Part shown: positions 15,850 to 32,700 of the stretch, one piece after another
How positions within the stretch are numbered: the first letter of the stretch is position 1
How the letters are laid out: each line of letters begins with the position of its first letter
Position numbers and translations under genes: made by a program
Notes under the pieces: model-generated
Told to the model about the DNA's origin: nothing
The model's input: only the letters and a program-made list of their open reading frames with translations
The model's database searches: none
From: Eledone cirrhosa
Lineage: Eukaryota
NCBI GenBank assembly: GCA_964016885.1
Contig: CAXHJY010001712.1
Coordinates: forward strand, 52,359-116,358
Direction of reading: 5' to 3'
DNA length: 64,000 nucleotides

Positions 15850-18800
15850 TTGTTGTGACACCTACATGACCACTTTCCAGTGTGGACTGGGTGATTTTTG
15901 TTGTGACACCTACATGACCACTTTACAGTGTGGACTGGGTGATTTTTGTTGTGACACCTACATGACCACTTTACAGTGTGGGCTGAGTACTTTTTGTTGT
16001 GACACCTACATGACAACTTTACAGTGTGTACTGGGTGATTTTTGTTGTGCCACCTACATGACTAACTTTACGGTGTGGACTGGGTGATTTTTGTTGTGAC
16101 ACCTACATTACCACTTTACAGTGTGGGCTGTGTACTTTTTGTTGTGACACCTACATGATCATTTTACAGTGTGGGCTGGGTGATTTTTGTTGTGACACCT
16201 ATATGACCACTTTGCAGTCTGTACTCGGTGATTTTTGTTGTGTCACCTACATGACTAACTTTACGGTGTGGACTGGGTGATTTTTGTTGTGACACCTACA
16301 TGACAACTTTACAGTGTGGACTGTGTGATTTTTGTTGTGACACCTACATGACCACTTTACAGTGTGGGCCGGGTACTTTTTGTTGTGACACCTACCTCAC
16401 CACTTTACAGTGTGGTCTGGGTGATTTTTGTTGTGACACCTACATGACAACTTTACAGTGTAGACTGGGTGATTTTTGTTGTGACACCTACATGACCACT
16501 TTGCAGTGTGTACTGGGTGGTTTTTGTTGTGACACCTACATGAACACTTTATGGTGTGTACTGGGTGATTTTTGTTGTGACACCTACATGACCACTTTCC
16601 AGTGTGGACTGGGTGTTTTTTGTTGTGACATCTACATGACCACTTTACAGTGTGTGCTGGGTACTTTTTGTTGTGACATCTACATGAACACTTTACAGTG
16701 TGTGCTGGGTGTTTTTTCTTGTGACACCTATATACCAACTTCACAGTGCGGACTGGGTGCTTTTTGTTGTGACGCCTACATGACCACTTTACAGTGTGGA
16801 ATGGGGGATTTTTGTTGGACACCTACATGACCACTTTACAGTCTGTACTGGGTGATTTTTGTTGTGACACCTACATGACCACTTTGCAGTGTGTACTCGG
16901 TGATTTTTCTTGTGACACCTACATGAACACTTTACGGTGTGGACTGGGTGTTAGTTGTCATGACACCTACATGACTACTTTTCAGTGTGGACTGGGTGTT
17001 TTTTGTTGTGACAACTACATCACCACTTTGCAGTGTGGGCTGGGTACTTTTTGTTATAACACCTACATGACTACTTTACAGTGTGGACTGGGTGCTTTTT
17101 GTTGTGACACCTACATGACCACTTTGCAGTGTGTACTGGGTGATTTTTGTCGTGATACCTACAAGACCACTTTCCAGTGTGGATCGGGTGATTTTTGTTG
17201 TGACACCTACATGACCACTTTACAGTGTGGGCTGGGTGATTTTTGTTGTGACACCTACATGACCACTTTGCAGTGTGTACTGGGTGATTTTTGTTGTGCA
17301 ACCTACATGACTAACTTTACGGTGTGGACTGTGTGATTTTTGTTGTGACACCTACATGACCAACTTTACTGTGTGGACTGGGTGATTTTTGTTGTGACAC
17401 CTACATGACCACTTTACAGTGTGGGCTGGGTAATTTTTGTTGTGACACCTACATGACCACTTTACAGTGTGGACTGGGTGATTTTTGTTGTGACACCTAC
17501 ATGACCACTTTACAGTGTGGGCTGGGTGATTTTTGTTGTCCCACCTACATGACCACTTTACAGTGTGGGCTGGGTGATTTTTGTTGTGACACCTACATGA
17601 CCACTTTACAGTGTGTGCTGGGTGTTTTTTGTTGTGACACCTACATGACTAACTTTATGGTGTGGACTGTGTGATTTTTGTTGTGACACCTACATAGACA
17701 CTTTACAGTGTGGACTGGGTGATTTTTGTTGTGACACCTACATGACCACTTTACAGTGTGGGCTGGGTACTTTTTGTTGTGACACCTACATGACCACTTT
17801 ACAGTGTGGGCTGGGTGATTTTTGTTGTGACACCTACATGACCACTTTACAGTGTGGGCTGGGTGATTTTTGTTGTGACACCTACATGACCACGTTGCAG
17901 TGTGTACTGGGTGATTTTTGTTGTAACACCTACATGACCACTTTATGGTGTGGAGTGGGTGATTTATGTCGTGACACTACATGACCACTTTACAGTGTGA
18001 ACTGGGTGTTTGTTGTCATGACACCTACATGACCACTTTTCAGTGTGGACTGGATGATTTTATTGTGACAACTACATGACCACTCTACAGTGTGGGCTGG
18101 GTACTTTTTGTTGTGACACCTACATGACCACTTTACTGTGTGGACTGGCTGATTTTTGTTGTGACACCTACGGGACCACTTTACAGTGTGGACTGGGTAA
18201 TTTTTGTTGTGACACCTACATGACCACTTTACAGTGTGTGCTGGGTGTTTTTTGTTATGACACCTACATGACCACTTTACAGTCTGTACTGGGTGATTTT
18301 TGTTGTGTCACCTACATGACTAACTTTACGGTGTGGAGTGGGTAATTTTTGTTGTGACACCTACATGACTAACTTTACGGTGTGGACTGGATGATTTTTG
18401 TTGTGACATCTACATGAACACTTTACAGTGTGTGCTGGGTGTTTTTTGTTGTGACACCTACATGACCACTTTGCAGTGTGTACTGGGTGATTTTTGTTGT
18501 GACACCTACATGAACACTTTATGGTATGGACTGGGTGATTTATGTTGTGACACCTACATGACCACTTTTCAGTGTGGACTGGGTGTTTTTTGATGTGACA
18601 ACTACATCACCACTTTACAGTGTGGGCTGGGTACTTTTTGTTGTAACACCTACATGAACACTTTACAGTGTGGAGTGGGTGTTTTTTGTTGTGACACCTA
18701 CAGGACCACATTACAGTGTGTGCTGGCTGCTTTTTGTTGTGACACCTACATGACCACTTTACAGTGTAGGCTGGGTGATTTTTGTTGTGATACCTACAAG

Positions 18801-21800
18801 ACCACTTTCCAGTGTGGACTGGGTGCTTTTTGTTTTGACACCTACATGACCACTTTACAGTGTGTGCTGGGTGTTTTTTGTTGTGACACCTACATGACCA
18901 CTTTACAGTGTGGGCTGGGTGATTTTTGTTGTGAAACCTACAAGACCACTTTACATCGTGGGCTGGGTAATTTTTGTTGTGACACCTACATGACCACTTT
19001 CCAGTGTGGACTGGGTGATTTTTGTTGTGACACCTACATGACCACTTTACAGTGTGGACTGGGTGATCTTTGTTGTTACACCTACATGACCACTTTGCAG
19101 TGTGTACTGGGTGATTTTTGTTGTGCCACCTACATGACTAACTTTACGGTGTGGACTGGGTGATTTTTGTTGTGACACCTACATAGCCACTTTACAGTGT
19201 GGACTGTGTGATTTTTATTGTGACAGCTACATGACCACTTTACAGTGTGGGCTGGGTGATTTTTGTTGTGACACGTACATGACCACTTTACAGTGTGGGT
19301 TGGGTGATTTTTGTTGTGACACCTCCATGACCACTTTTCAATGTGGGCTGGGTGATTTTTGTTGTTACACCTACATGAGCACTTTACAGTGTGTGCTGGG
19401 TGTTTTTTGTTGTGAGACCTACATGACCACTTTACAGTGCGGACTGGGTGATTTTCGTTGTGACACCTACATGACCACTTTACAGTGTGGACTGGGTGAT
19501 GTTTGTTGTGACACCTACATGACAACTTCACAGTGCGGACTGGGTGTTTTTTGTTGTGACGCCTACATGACCACTTTACAGTATGGACTGGGTGATTTTT
19601 GTTGTGACACCTACATGACCACTTTACAGTGTGGGCTGGGTGACTTTTGTTGTGACACCTACATGACCACTTTGCAGTGTGTACTGGGTGATTATTGTTG
19701 TGACACCTACATGAACACTTTATGGTATGGAGTGGGTTATTTATGTTGTGACACCTACATGACCACTTTTCAGTGTGGACTGGGTGTTTTTTGTTGTAAC
19801 ACCTACATGACCACTTTACAGTGTGGACTGGGTGATTTTTGTTGTGACACCTACATGACCACTTTACAGTGTGGACTGGGTGATTTTTGTTGTGACACCT
19901 ACATGACCACTTTACAGTGTGGGCTGAGTACTTTTTGTTGTGACACCTACATGACAACTTTACAGTGTGTACTGGGTGATTTTTGTTGTGCCACCTACAT
20001 GACTAACTTTACGGTGTGGACTGGGTGATTTTTGTTGTGACACCTACATTACCACTTTACAGTGTGGGCTGTGTACTTTTTGTTGTGACACCTACATGAT
20101 CATTTTACAGTGTGGGCTGGGTGATTTTTGTTGTGACACCTATATGACCACTTTGCAGTCTGTACTCGGTGATTTTTGTTGTGTCACCTACATGACTAAC
20201 TTTACGGTGTGGACTGGGTGATTTTTGTTGTGACACCTACATGACAACTTTACAGTGTGGACTGGGTGATTTTTGTTGTGACACCTACATGACCACTTTA
20301 CAGTGTGGGCCGGGTACTTTTTGTTGTGACACCTACCTCACCACTTTACAGTGTGGTCTGGGTGATTTTTGTTGTGACACCTACATGACAACTTTACAGT
20401 GTAGACTGGGTGATTTTTGTTGTGACACCTACATGACCACTTTGCAGTGTGTACTGGGTGGTTTTTGTTGTGACACCTACATGAACACTTTATGGTGTGT
20501 ACTGGGTGATTTTTGTTGTGACACCTACATGACCACTTTCCAGTGTGGACTGGGTGTTTTTTGTTGTGACATCTACATGACCACTTTACAGTGTGTGCTG
20601 GGTACTTTTTGTTGTGACATCTACATGAACACTTTACAGTGTGTGCTGGGTGTTTTTTCTTGTGACACCTATATACCAACTTCACAGTGCGGACTGGGTG
20701 CTTTTTGTTGTGACGCCTACATGACCACTTTACAGTGTGGAATGGGGGATTTTTGTTGGACACCTACATGACCACTTTACAGTCTGTACTGGGTGATTTT
20801 TGTTGTGACACCTACATGACCACTTTGCAGTGTGTACTCGGTGATTTTTCTTGTGACACCTACATGAACACTTTACGGTGTGGACTGGGTGTTAGTTGTC
20901 ATGACACCTACATGACTACTTTTCAGTGTGGACTGGGTGTTTTTTGTTGTGACAACTACATCACCACTTTGCAGTGTGGGCTGGGTACTTTTTGTTATAA
21001 CACCTACATGACTACTTTACAGTGTGGACTGGGTGCTTTTTGTTGTGACACCTACATGACCACTTTGCAGTGTGTACTGGGTGATTTTTGTCGTGATACC
21101 TACAAGACCACTTTCCAGTGTGGACCGGGTGATTTTTGTTGTGACACCTACATGACCACTTTACAGTGTGGGCTGGGTGATTTTTGTTGTGACACCTACA
21201 TGACCACTTTGCAGTGTGTACTGGGTGATTTTTGTTGTGCAACCTACATGACTAACTTTACGGTGTGGACTGTGTGATTTTTGTTGTGACACCTACATGA
21301 CCAACTTTACTGTGTGGACTGGGTGATTTTTGTTGTGACACCTACATGACCACTTTACAGTGTGGGCTGTGTAATTTTTGTTGTGACACCTACATGACCA
21401 CTTTACAGTGTGGACTGGGTGATTTTTGTTGTGACACCTACATGACCACTTTACAGTGTGGGCTGGGTGATTTTTGTTGTCCCACCTACATGACCACTTT
21501 ACAGTGTGGGCTGGGTGATTTTTGTTGTGACACCTACATGACCACTTTACAGTGTGTGCTGGGTGTTTTTTGTTGTGACACCTACATGACTAACTTTATG
21601 GTGTGGACTGTGTGATTTTTGTTGTGACACCTACATAGACACTTTACAGTGTGGACTGGGTGATTTTTGTTGTGACACCTACATGACCACTTTACAGTGT
21701 GGGCTGGGTACTTTTTGTTGTGACACCTACATGACCACTTTACAGTGTGGGCTGGGTGATTTTTGTTGTGACACCTACATGACCACTTTACAGTGTGGGC

Positions 21801-23750
21801 TGGGTGATTTTTGTTGTGACACCTACATGACCACGTTGCAGTGTGTACTGGGTGATTTTTGTTGTAACACCTACATGACCACTTGATGGTGTGGAGTTGG
21901 TGATTTATGTCGTGACACTACATGACCACTTTACAGTGTGAACTGGGTGTTTGTTGTCATGACACCTACATGACCACTTTTCAGTGTGGACTGGATGATT
22001 TTATTGTGACAACTACATGACCACTCTACAGTGTGGGCTGGGTACTTTTTGTTGTGACACCTACATGACCACTTTACTGTGTGGACTGGCTGATTTTTGT
22101 TGTGACACCTACGGGACCACTTTACAGTGTGGACTGGGTAATTTTTGTTGTGACACCTACATGACCACTTTACAGTGTGTGCTGGGTGTTTTTTGTTATG
22201 ACACCTACATGACCACTTTACAGTCTGTACTGGGTGATTTTTGTTGTGTCACCTACATGACTAACTTTACGGTGTGGAGTGGGTAATTTTTGTTGTGACA
22301 CCTACATGACTAACTTTACGGTGTGGACTGGATGATTTTTGTTGTGACATCTACATGAACACTTTACAGTGTGTGCTGGGTGTTTTTTGTTGTGACACCT
22401 ACATGACCACTTTGCAGTGTGTACTGGGTGATTTTTGTTGTGACACCTACATGAACACTTTATGGTATGGACTGGGTGATTTATGTTGTGACACCTACAT
22501 GACCACTTTTCAGTGTGGACTGGGTGTTTTTTGATGTGACAACTACATCACCACTTTACAGTGTGGGCTGGGTACTTTTTGTTGTAACACCTACATGAAC
22601 ACTTTACAGTGTGGAGTGGGTGTTTTTTGTTGTGACACCTACGGGACCACATTACAGTGTGTGCTGGCTGCTTTTTGTTGTGACACCTACATGACCACTT
22701 TACAGTGTAGGCTGGGTGATTTTTGTTGTGATACCTACAAGACCACTTTCCAGTGTGGACTGGGTGCTTTTTGTTTTGACACCTACATGACCACTTTACA
22801 GTGTGTGCTGGGTGTTTTTTGTTGTGACACCTACATGACCACTTTACAGTGTGGGCTGGGTGATTTTTGTTGTGAAACCTACAAGACCACTTTACATCGT
22901 GGGCTGGGTAATTTTTGTTGTGACACCTACATGACCACTTTCCAGTGTGGACTGGGTGATTTTTGTTGTGACACCTACATGACCACTTTACAGTGTGGAC
23001 TGGGTGATCTTTGTTGTTACACCTACATGACCACTTTGCAGTGTGTACTGGGTAATTTTTGTTGTGCCACCTACATGACTAACTTTACGGTGTGGACTGG
23101 GTGATTTTTGTTGTGACACCTACATAGCCACTTTACAGTGTGGACTGTGTGATTTTTATTGTGACAGCTACATGACCACTTTACAGTGTGGGCTGGGTGA
23201 TTTTTGTTGTGACACGTACATGACCACTTTACAGTGTGGGTTGGGTGAGTTTTGTTGTGACACCTCCATGACCACTTTTCAATGTGGGCTGGGTGATTTT
23301 TGTTGTGACACCTACATGAGCACTTTACAGTGTGTGCTGGGTGTTTTTTGTTGTGAGACCTACATGACCACTTTACAGTGCGGACTGGGTGATTTTCGTT
23401 GTGACACCTACATGACCACTTTACAGTGTGGACTGGGTGATGTTTGTTGTGACACCTACATGACAACTTCACAGTGCGGACTGGGTGTTTTTTGTTGTGA
23501 CGCCTACATGACCACTTTACAGTATGGACTGGGTGATTTTTGTTGTGACACCTACATGACCACTTTACAGTGTGGGCTGGGTGACTTTTGTTGTGACACC
23601 TACATGACCACTTTGCAGTGTGTACTGGGTGATTATTGTTGTGACACCTACATGAACACTTTATGGTATGGACTGGGTTATTTATGTTGTGACACCTACA
23701 TGACCACTTTTCAGTGTGGACTGGGTGTTTTTTGTTGTAACACCTACATG
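15850..23750. repeat. Higher-order tandem duplication within the satellite, period 3941 bp (about 82 monomers); boundaries approximate
   Basis: Near-identical ORF translations recur at +3941: 16300/20241, 16794/20735, 17405/21346, 18076/22017, 18654/22595, 19231/23172. Confidence 0.9.
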
Positions 23751-26700
23751 ACCACTTTACAGTGTGGACTGGGTGTTTTTTGTTGTGACACCTACGGGAC
23801 CAAATTACAGTGTGTGCTGGCTGCTTTTTGTTGTGACACCTACATGACCACTTTACAGTGTGGGCTGGGTGATTTTTGTTGTGATACCTACAAGACCACT
23901 TTCCAGTGTGGACCGGGTGATTTTTGTTGTGACACCTACATGACCACTTTACAGTGTGGGCTGGGTGACTTTTGTTGTGACACCTACATGACCACTTTGC
24001 AGTGTGTACTGGGTGATTTTTGTTGTGCAACCTACATGACTAACTTTACGGTGTGGACTGTGTGATTTTTGTTGTGACACCTACATGACCAACTTTACTG
24101 TGTGGACTGGGTGATTTTTGTTGTGACACCTACATGACCACTTTACAGTGTGGGCTGGGTGATTTTTGTTGTGACACCTACATGACCACTTTACAGTGTG
24201 GACTGGGTACTTTTTGTTGTGACACCTACATGACCACTTTACAGTGTGGACTTGTTGATTTTTGTTGTGACACCTACATGACCACTTTACAGTGTGGGCT
24301 GGGTGATTTTTGTTGTCCCACCTACATGACCACTTTACAGTGTGGGGTGGGTGATTTTTGTTGTGACACCTACGGGACCACTTTACAGTGTGGACTGGGT
24401 AATTTTTGTTGTGACACCTACATGACCACTTTACAGTGTGTGCTGGGTGTTTTTTGTTATGACACGTACATGACCACTTTACAGTCTGTACTGGGTGATT
24501 TTTGTTGTGTCACCTACATGACTAACTTTACGGTGTGGAGTGGGTAATTTTTGTTGTGACACCTACATGACTAACTTTACGGTGTGGACTGGATGATTTT
24601 TGTTGTGACATCTACATGAACACTTTACAGTGTGTGCTGGGTGTTTTTTGTTGTGAGACCTACATGACCACTTTACAGTGCGGACTGGGTGATTTTCGTT
24701 GTGACACCTACATGACCACTTTACAGTGTGGACTGGGTGATGTTTGTTGTGACACCTACATGACAACTTCACAGTGCGGACTGGGTGTTTTTTGTTGTGA
24801 CGCCTACATGACCACTTTACAGTATGGACTGGGTGATTTTTGTTGTGATACCTACATGACCACTTTACAGTGTGGGCTGGGTGACTTTTGTTGTGACACC
24901 TACATGACCACTTTGCAGTGTGTACTGGGTGATTTTTGTTGTGACACCTACATGAACACTTTATGGTATGGACTGGGTGATTTATGTTGTGACACCTACA
25001 TGACCACTTTTCAGTGTGGACTGGGTGATTTTTGATGTGACAACTACATCACCACTTTACAGTGTGGGCTGGGTACTTTTTGTTGTGACACCTACGGGAC
25101 CACATTACAGTGTGTGCTGGCTGCTTTTTGTTGTGACACCTACATGACCACTTTACAGTGTAGGCTGGGTGATTTTTGTTGTGATACCTACAAGACCACT
25201 TTCCAGTGTGGACTGGGTGCTTTTTGTTTTGACACCTACATGACCACTTTACAGTGTGTGCTGGGTGTTTTTTGTTGTGACACCTACATGACCACTTTAC
25301 AGTGTGGGCTGGGTGATTTTTGTTGTGAAACCTACAAGACCACTTTACATCGTGGGCTGGGTAATTTTTGTTGTGACACCTACATGACCACTTTCCAGTG
25401 TGGACTGGGTGATTTTTGTTGTGACACCTACATGACCACTTTACAGTGTGGACTGGGTGATCTTTGTTGTTACACCTACATGATCACTTTACAGTGTGGG
25501 CTGGGTGATTTTTGTTGTGACACCTACATGACCACTTTGCAGTGTGTACTGGGTGATTTTTGTTGTGCCACCTACATGACTAACTTTACGGTGTGGACTG
25601 GGTGATTTTTGTTGTGACACCTACATAGCCACTTTACAGTGTGGACTGTGTGATTTTTATTGTGACACCTACATGACCACTTTACAGTGTGGGCTGGGTG
25701 ATTTTTGTTGTGACACGTACATGACCACTTTACAGTGTGGATTGGGTGATTTTTGTTGTGACACCTCCATGACCACTTTTCAATGTGGGCTGGGTGATTT
25801 TTGTTGTGACCCCTACATGAGCACTTTACAGTGTGTGCTGGGTGTTTTTTGTTGTGAGACCTACATGACCACTTTACAGTGCGGACTGGGTGATTTTCGT
25901 TGTGACACCTACATGACCACTTTACAGTGTGGACTGGGTGATGTTTGTTGTGACACCTACATGACAACTTCACAGTGCGGACTGGGTGTTTTTTGTTGTG
26001 ACGCCTACATGACCACTTTACAGTATGGACTGGGTGATTTTTGTTGTGACACCTACATGACCACTTTACAGTGTGGGCTGGGTGACTTTTGTTGTGACAC
26101 CTACATGACCACTTTGCAGTGTGTACTGGGTGATTATTGTTGTGACACCTACATGAACACTTTACAGTGTGGAGTGGGTGTTTTTTGTTGTGACACCTAC
26201 GGGACCATATTACAGTGTGTGCTGGCTGCTTTTTGTTGTGACACCTACATGACCACTTTACAGTGTAGGCTGGGTGTTTTTTGTTGTGATACCTACGGGA
26301 CCACATTACAGTGTGTGCTGGCTGCTTTTTGTTTTGACACCTACATGACCACTTTACAGTGTGTGCTGGGTGTTTTTTGTTGTGACACCTACATGACCAC
26401 TTTACAGTGTGGGCTGGGTGATTTTTGTTGTGAAACCTACAAGACCACTTTACATCGTGGGCTGGGTAATTTTTGTTGTGACACCTACATGACCACTTTC
26501 CAGTGTGGACTGGGTGATTTTTGTTGTGACACATACATGACCACTTTACAGTGTGGACTGGGTGATCTTTGTTGTTACACCTACATGATCACTTTACAGT
26601 GTGGGCTGGGTGATTTTTGTTGTGACACCTACATGACCACTTTGCAGTGTGTACTGGGTGATTTTTGTTGTGCCACCTACATGACTAACTTTACGGTGCG

Positions 26701-29700
26701 GACTGGGTGTTTTTTGTTGTGACGCCTACATGACCACTTTACAGTATGGACTGGGTGATTTTTGTTGTGACACCTACATGACCACTTTACAGTGTGGGCT
26801 GGGTGACTTTTGTTGTGACACCTACATGACCACTTTGCAGTGTGTACTGGGTGATTATTGTTGTGACACCTACATGAACACTTTATGGTATGGACTGGGT
26901 TATTTATGTTGTGACACCTACATGACCACTTTTCAGTGTGGACTGGGTGTTTTTTGTTGTAACACCTACATGACCACTTTACAGTGTGGACTGGGTGTTT
27001 TTTGTTGTGACACCTACGGGACCAAATTACAGTGTGTGCTGGCTGCTTTTTGTTGTGACACCTACATGACCACTTTACAGTGTGGGCTGGGTGATTTTTG
27101 TTGTGATACCTACAAGACCACTTTCCAGTGTGGACCAGGTGATTTTTGTTGTGACACCTACATGACCACTTTACAGTGTGGGCTGGGTGATTTTTGTTGT
27201 GACACCTACATGACCACTTTGCAGTGTGTACTGGGTGATTTTTGTTGTGCAACCTACATGACTAACTTTACGGTGTGGACTGTGTGATTTTTGTTGTGAC
27301 ACCTACATGACCAACTTTACTGTGTGCACTGGGTGATTTTTGTTGTGACACCTACATGACCACTTTACAGTGTGGACTGGGTGATTTTTGTTGTGACACC
27401 TACATGACCACTTTACAGTGTGGACTGGGTACTTTTTGTTGTGACACCTACATGACCACTTTACAGTGTGGACTTGTTGATTTTTGTTGTGACACCTACA
27501 TGACCACTTTACAATGTGGGCTGGGTGATTTTTGTTGTCCCACCTACATGACCACTTTACAGTGTGGGCTGGGTGATTTTTGTTGTGACACCTACGGGAC
27601 CACTTTACAGTGTGGACTGGGTAATTTTTGTTGTGACACCTACATGACCACTTTACAGTGTGTGCTGGGTGTTTTTTGTTATGACACCTACATGACCACT
27701 TTACAGTCTGTACTGGGTGATTTTTGTTGTGTCACCTACATGACTAACTTTACGGTGTGGACTGTGTGATTTTTGTTGTGACACCTACATGACCAACTTT
27801 ACTGTGTGCACTGGGTGATTTTTGCTGTGACACCTACATGACTAACTTTACGGTGTGGAGTGGGTAATTTTTGTTGTGACACCTACATGACTAACTTTAC
27901 GGTGTGGACTGGATGATTTTTGTTGTGACATCTACATGACCTCTTTATGGTGTGGACTGGGTGATTTATGTCGTGACACTACATGACCACTTTACGGTGT
28001 GGGGCTGGGTGATTTTTGTTGTCCCACCTACATGACCACTTTACAGTATGGACTGGGTGATTTTTGTTGTGACACCTACATGACCACTTTACAGTGTGGG
28101 CTGGGTGACTTTTGTTGTGACACCTACATGACCACTTTGCAGAGTGTACTGGGTGATTTTTGTTGTGACACCTACATGACTAACTTTACTGTGTGGACTG
28201 GGTGATTTTTATTGTGACACCTGCATGACCACTTTACAGTGTGGGATGGGTGATTTTTGTTGTCCCACCTACATGACCACTTTACAGTGTGGGCTGGGTG
28301 ATTTTTGTTGTGACACCTACATGACCACTTTACAGTGTGTGCTGGGTGTTTTTTGTTGTGACACCTACATGACTAACTTTACGGTGTGGACTGTGTGATT
28401 TTTGTTGTGTCACCTACATAGACACTTTACAGTGTGGACTGGGTGATTTTTGTTGTGACACCTACATGACCACTTTACAGTGTGGGCTGGGTACTTTTTG
28501 TTGTGACATCTACATGACCACTTTACAGTGTGGGCTGGGTGATTTTTGTTGTGACACCTACATGACCACTTTACAGTGTGGACTGGGTGATTTTTGTTGT
28601 GACACCTACATGACCTCTTTATGGTGTGGACTGGGTGATTTATGTCGTGACACTACATGACCACTTTACGGTGTGAACTGGGTGTTTGTTGTGATGACAC
28701 CTACATGACCACTTTTCAGTGTGGACTGGATGTTTTTTATTGTGACAACTACATGACCACTCTACAGTGTGGGCTGGGTACTTTTTGTTGTGACACCTAC
28801 ATGACCACTTTACTGTGTGGACTGGCTGATTTTTGTTGTGACACCTACGGGACCACTTTACAGTGTGGGGTGGGTAATTTTTGTTGAGACACCTACATGA
28901 CCACTTTACAGTGTGTGCTGGGTGTTTTTTGTTATGACACCTACATGACCACTTTACAGTCTGTACTGGCTGATTTTTGTTGTGTCACCTACATGACTAA
29001 CTTTACGGTGTGGACTGGGTAATTTTTGTTGTGACACGTACACGACTAACTTTACGGTGTGGAATGGGTGATTTTTGTTGTGACACCTACATGACCACTT
29101 TATAGTGTGGACTGGGTGATTTTTGTTGTGACACCTACATGACCACTTTACAGTGTGGGCTGGGTACTTTTTGTTGTGACACCTACATGACCACTTTACA
29201 GTGTGGACTGGGTGATTTTTGTTGTGACACCTACATGACCACTTTACAGTGTGGGCTGGGTGATTTTTGTTGTCCCACCTACATGACCACTTTACAGTGT
29301 GGGCTGGGTGATTTTTGTTGTGACACCTACATGACCACTTTACAGTGTGTGCTGGGTGTTTTTGTTGTGACACCTACATGACCACTTTACAGTCTGTACT
29401 GGGTGATTTTTGTTGTGTCACCTACATGACTATCTTTACGGTTTGGAGTGGGTAATTTTTGTTGTGACACCTACAGGACTAACTTTACGGTGTGGACTGG
29501 GTGATTTTTGTTGTGACACCTACATGACGTCTTTACAGTGTGGACTGGGTGATTTTTGTTGTGACACCAACATGACCACTTTACAGTGTGGGCTGGGTAC
29601 ATTTCGTTGTGACACCTACATGACCACTTTACAGTGTGTGCTGGGTGTTTTTTGTTGTGACACCTACATGACCATGTTACAGTCTGTACTGTGTGATTTT

Positions 29701-32700
29701 TGTTGTGTCACCTACATGACTAACTTTAGGATGTGGAGTGGGTAATTTTTGTTGTGACACCTTTATGACTAACTTTACGGTGTGGACTGGGTGATTTTTG
29801 TTGTGACATCTACATGAACACTTTACAGTGTGTGCTGGGTGTTTTTTGTTGTGAGACCTACATGACCACTTTACAGTACGGACTGGGTGATTTTCGTTGT
29901 GACACCTACATAACCACTTTACAGTGTGGACTGGGTGATGTTTGTTGTGACACCTACATGACAACTTCACAGTGCGGACTGGGTGTTTTTTGTTGTGACG
30001 CCTACATGACCACTTTACAGTATGGAGAGGGTGATTTTTGTTGTGACACCTACATGACCACTTTACAGTGTGGGCTGGGTGACTTTTGTTGTGACACCTA
30101 CATGACCACTTTGCAGTGTGTACTGGGTGATTTTGTTGTGACACCTACATGAACACTTTATGGTATGGACTGGGTGATTTATGCTGTGACACCTACATGA
30201 CCACTTTTCAGTGTGGACTGGGTGTTTTTTGATGTGACAACTACATCACCACTTTACAGTGTGGGCTGGGTACTTTTTGTTGTAACACCTACATGACCAC
30301 TTTACAGTGTGGACTGGGTGTTTTTTGTTGTGATACCTACGGGACCACATTACAGTGTGTGCTGGCTGCTTTTTGTTGTGACACCTACATGACCACTTTA
30401 CAGTGTGGGCTCGGTGATTTTTGTTGTGACACCTACAAGACCACTTTCCAGTGTGGACTGGGTGATTTTTGTTGTGACACCTACATGACCACTTTACAGT
30501 GTGGGCTGTGTGATTTTTGTTGTGACACCTACATGACCACTTTGCAGTGTGTACTGGGTGATTTTTGTTGTGACACCTACATGACTAACTTTACTGTGTG
30601 GACTGGGTGATTTTTATTGTGACACCTACATGACCACTTTACAGTGTGGGCTGCGTGATTTTTGTTGTCCCACCTACATGACCACTTTACAGTGTGGGCT
30701 GGGTGACTTTTGTTGTGACACCTACATGACCACTTTGCAGTGTGTACTGGGTGATTTTTGTTGTGACACCTACATGACTAATTTTACTGTGTGGACTGTG
30801 TGATTTTTGTTGTGTCACCTACATAGACACTTTACAGTGTGGACTGGGTGATTTTTGTTGTGACACCTACATGACCACTTTACAGTGTGGGCTGGGTGAT
30901 TTTTGTTGTGACACCTACATAGACACTTTACAGTGTGGACTGGGTGATTTTTGTTGTGACACCTACATGACTAACTTTACTGTGAGGACTGGGTGATTTT
31001 TGTTGTGACACCTACATGACCACTTTACAGTGTGGACTGGGTGATTTTTGTTGTGACACCTACATGACCACTTTACAGTGTGGGCTGGGTGATCTTTGTT
31101 GTCCCACCTACATGACCACTTTACAGTGTGGACTATGTGATTTTTGTTGTGACACCTACATGACTAACTTTTCAGTGAGGACTGGGTGATTTTTGTTGTG
31201 ACACCTACATGACCACTTTACAGTGTGGACTGGGTGATTTTTGTTGTGACACCTACATGACCACTTTACAGTGTGCGCTGGGTGATCTTTGTTGTCCCAC
31301 CTATATGACCACTTTACAGTGTGTGCTGAGTGTTTTTTGTTGTGACACCTACATGACTAACTTTACGGTGTGGACTGGGTGATTTTTGTTGTGACACCTA
31401 CATAGACACTTTACAGTGTGAACTGGGTGATTTTTGTTGTGACACCTACATGACCACTTTACAGTGTGTGCTGGGCGTTTTTTGTTGTGACACCTACATG
31501 ACCACTTTACAGTGTGGACTGGGTGATTTTGGTTGTGACACCTACATGACCACTTTGCAGTGTGTACTGGGTGATTTTTGTTGTGACACCTACATGACCA
31601 CTTTATGGTGTGGACTGGGTGATTTATGTTGTGACACTACATGACCACTTTACAGTGTGAACTGGGTGTTTGTTGTCATGACACCTACATGACCACTTTT
31701 CAGTGTGGACTGGATGTTTTTTATTGTGACAACTACATGACCACTCTACAGTGTGGGCTGGGTACTTTTTGTTGTGACACCTACATGACCACTTTACTGT
31801 GTGGACTGGCTGATTTTTGTTGTGACACCTACGGGACCACTTTTCAGTGTGGACTGGGTAATTTTTGTTGTGACACCTACATGACCACTTTACAGTGTGT
31901 GCTGGGTGTTTTTTGTTATGACACCTACATGACCACTTTACTGTCTGTACTGGCTGATTTTTGTTGTGTCACCTACATGACTAACTTTACGGAGTGGAGT
32001 GGGTAATTTTTGTTGTGACACCTACATGACTAACTTTACGGTGTGGACTGGGTGATTTTTGTTGTGACACCTTCATGACCACTTTATAGTGTGGACTGGG
32101 TGATTTTTGTTGTGACACCTACATGACCACTTTACAGTGTGGGCTGGGTACTTTTTGTTGTGACACCTACATGACCACTTTACAGTGTGGACTGGGTGAT
32201 TTTTGTTGTGACACCTACATGACCACTTTACAGTGTGGACTGGGTGATTTATGTTGTTACACCTACATTACCACTTTACAGTGTGGACTGGGTGTTTGTT
32301 GTCATGACACCTACATGACCACTTTTCAGTGTGGACTGGGTGATTTTCGTTGTGACACCTACATGACCACTTTACAGTGTGTGCTGGGTGTTTTTTTTTA
32401 TGACATCTACATGACCACTTTACAGTCTGTACTGGGTGATTTTTGTTGTGTCACCTACATGACTAACTTTACGGTGTGGACTGGGTGATTTTTGTTGTGA
32501 CATCTACATGAACACTTTACAGTGTGTGCTGGGTGTTTTTTGTTGTGAGACCTACATGACCACTTTACAGTGCGGACTGGGTGATTTTCGTTGTGACACC
32601 TACATGACCACTTTACAGTGTGGACTGGGTGATGTTTGTTGTGACACCTACATGACAACTTCACAGTGCGGACTGGGTGTTTTTTGTTGTGACGCCTACA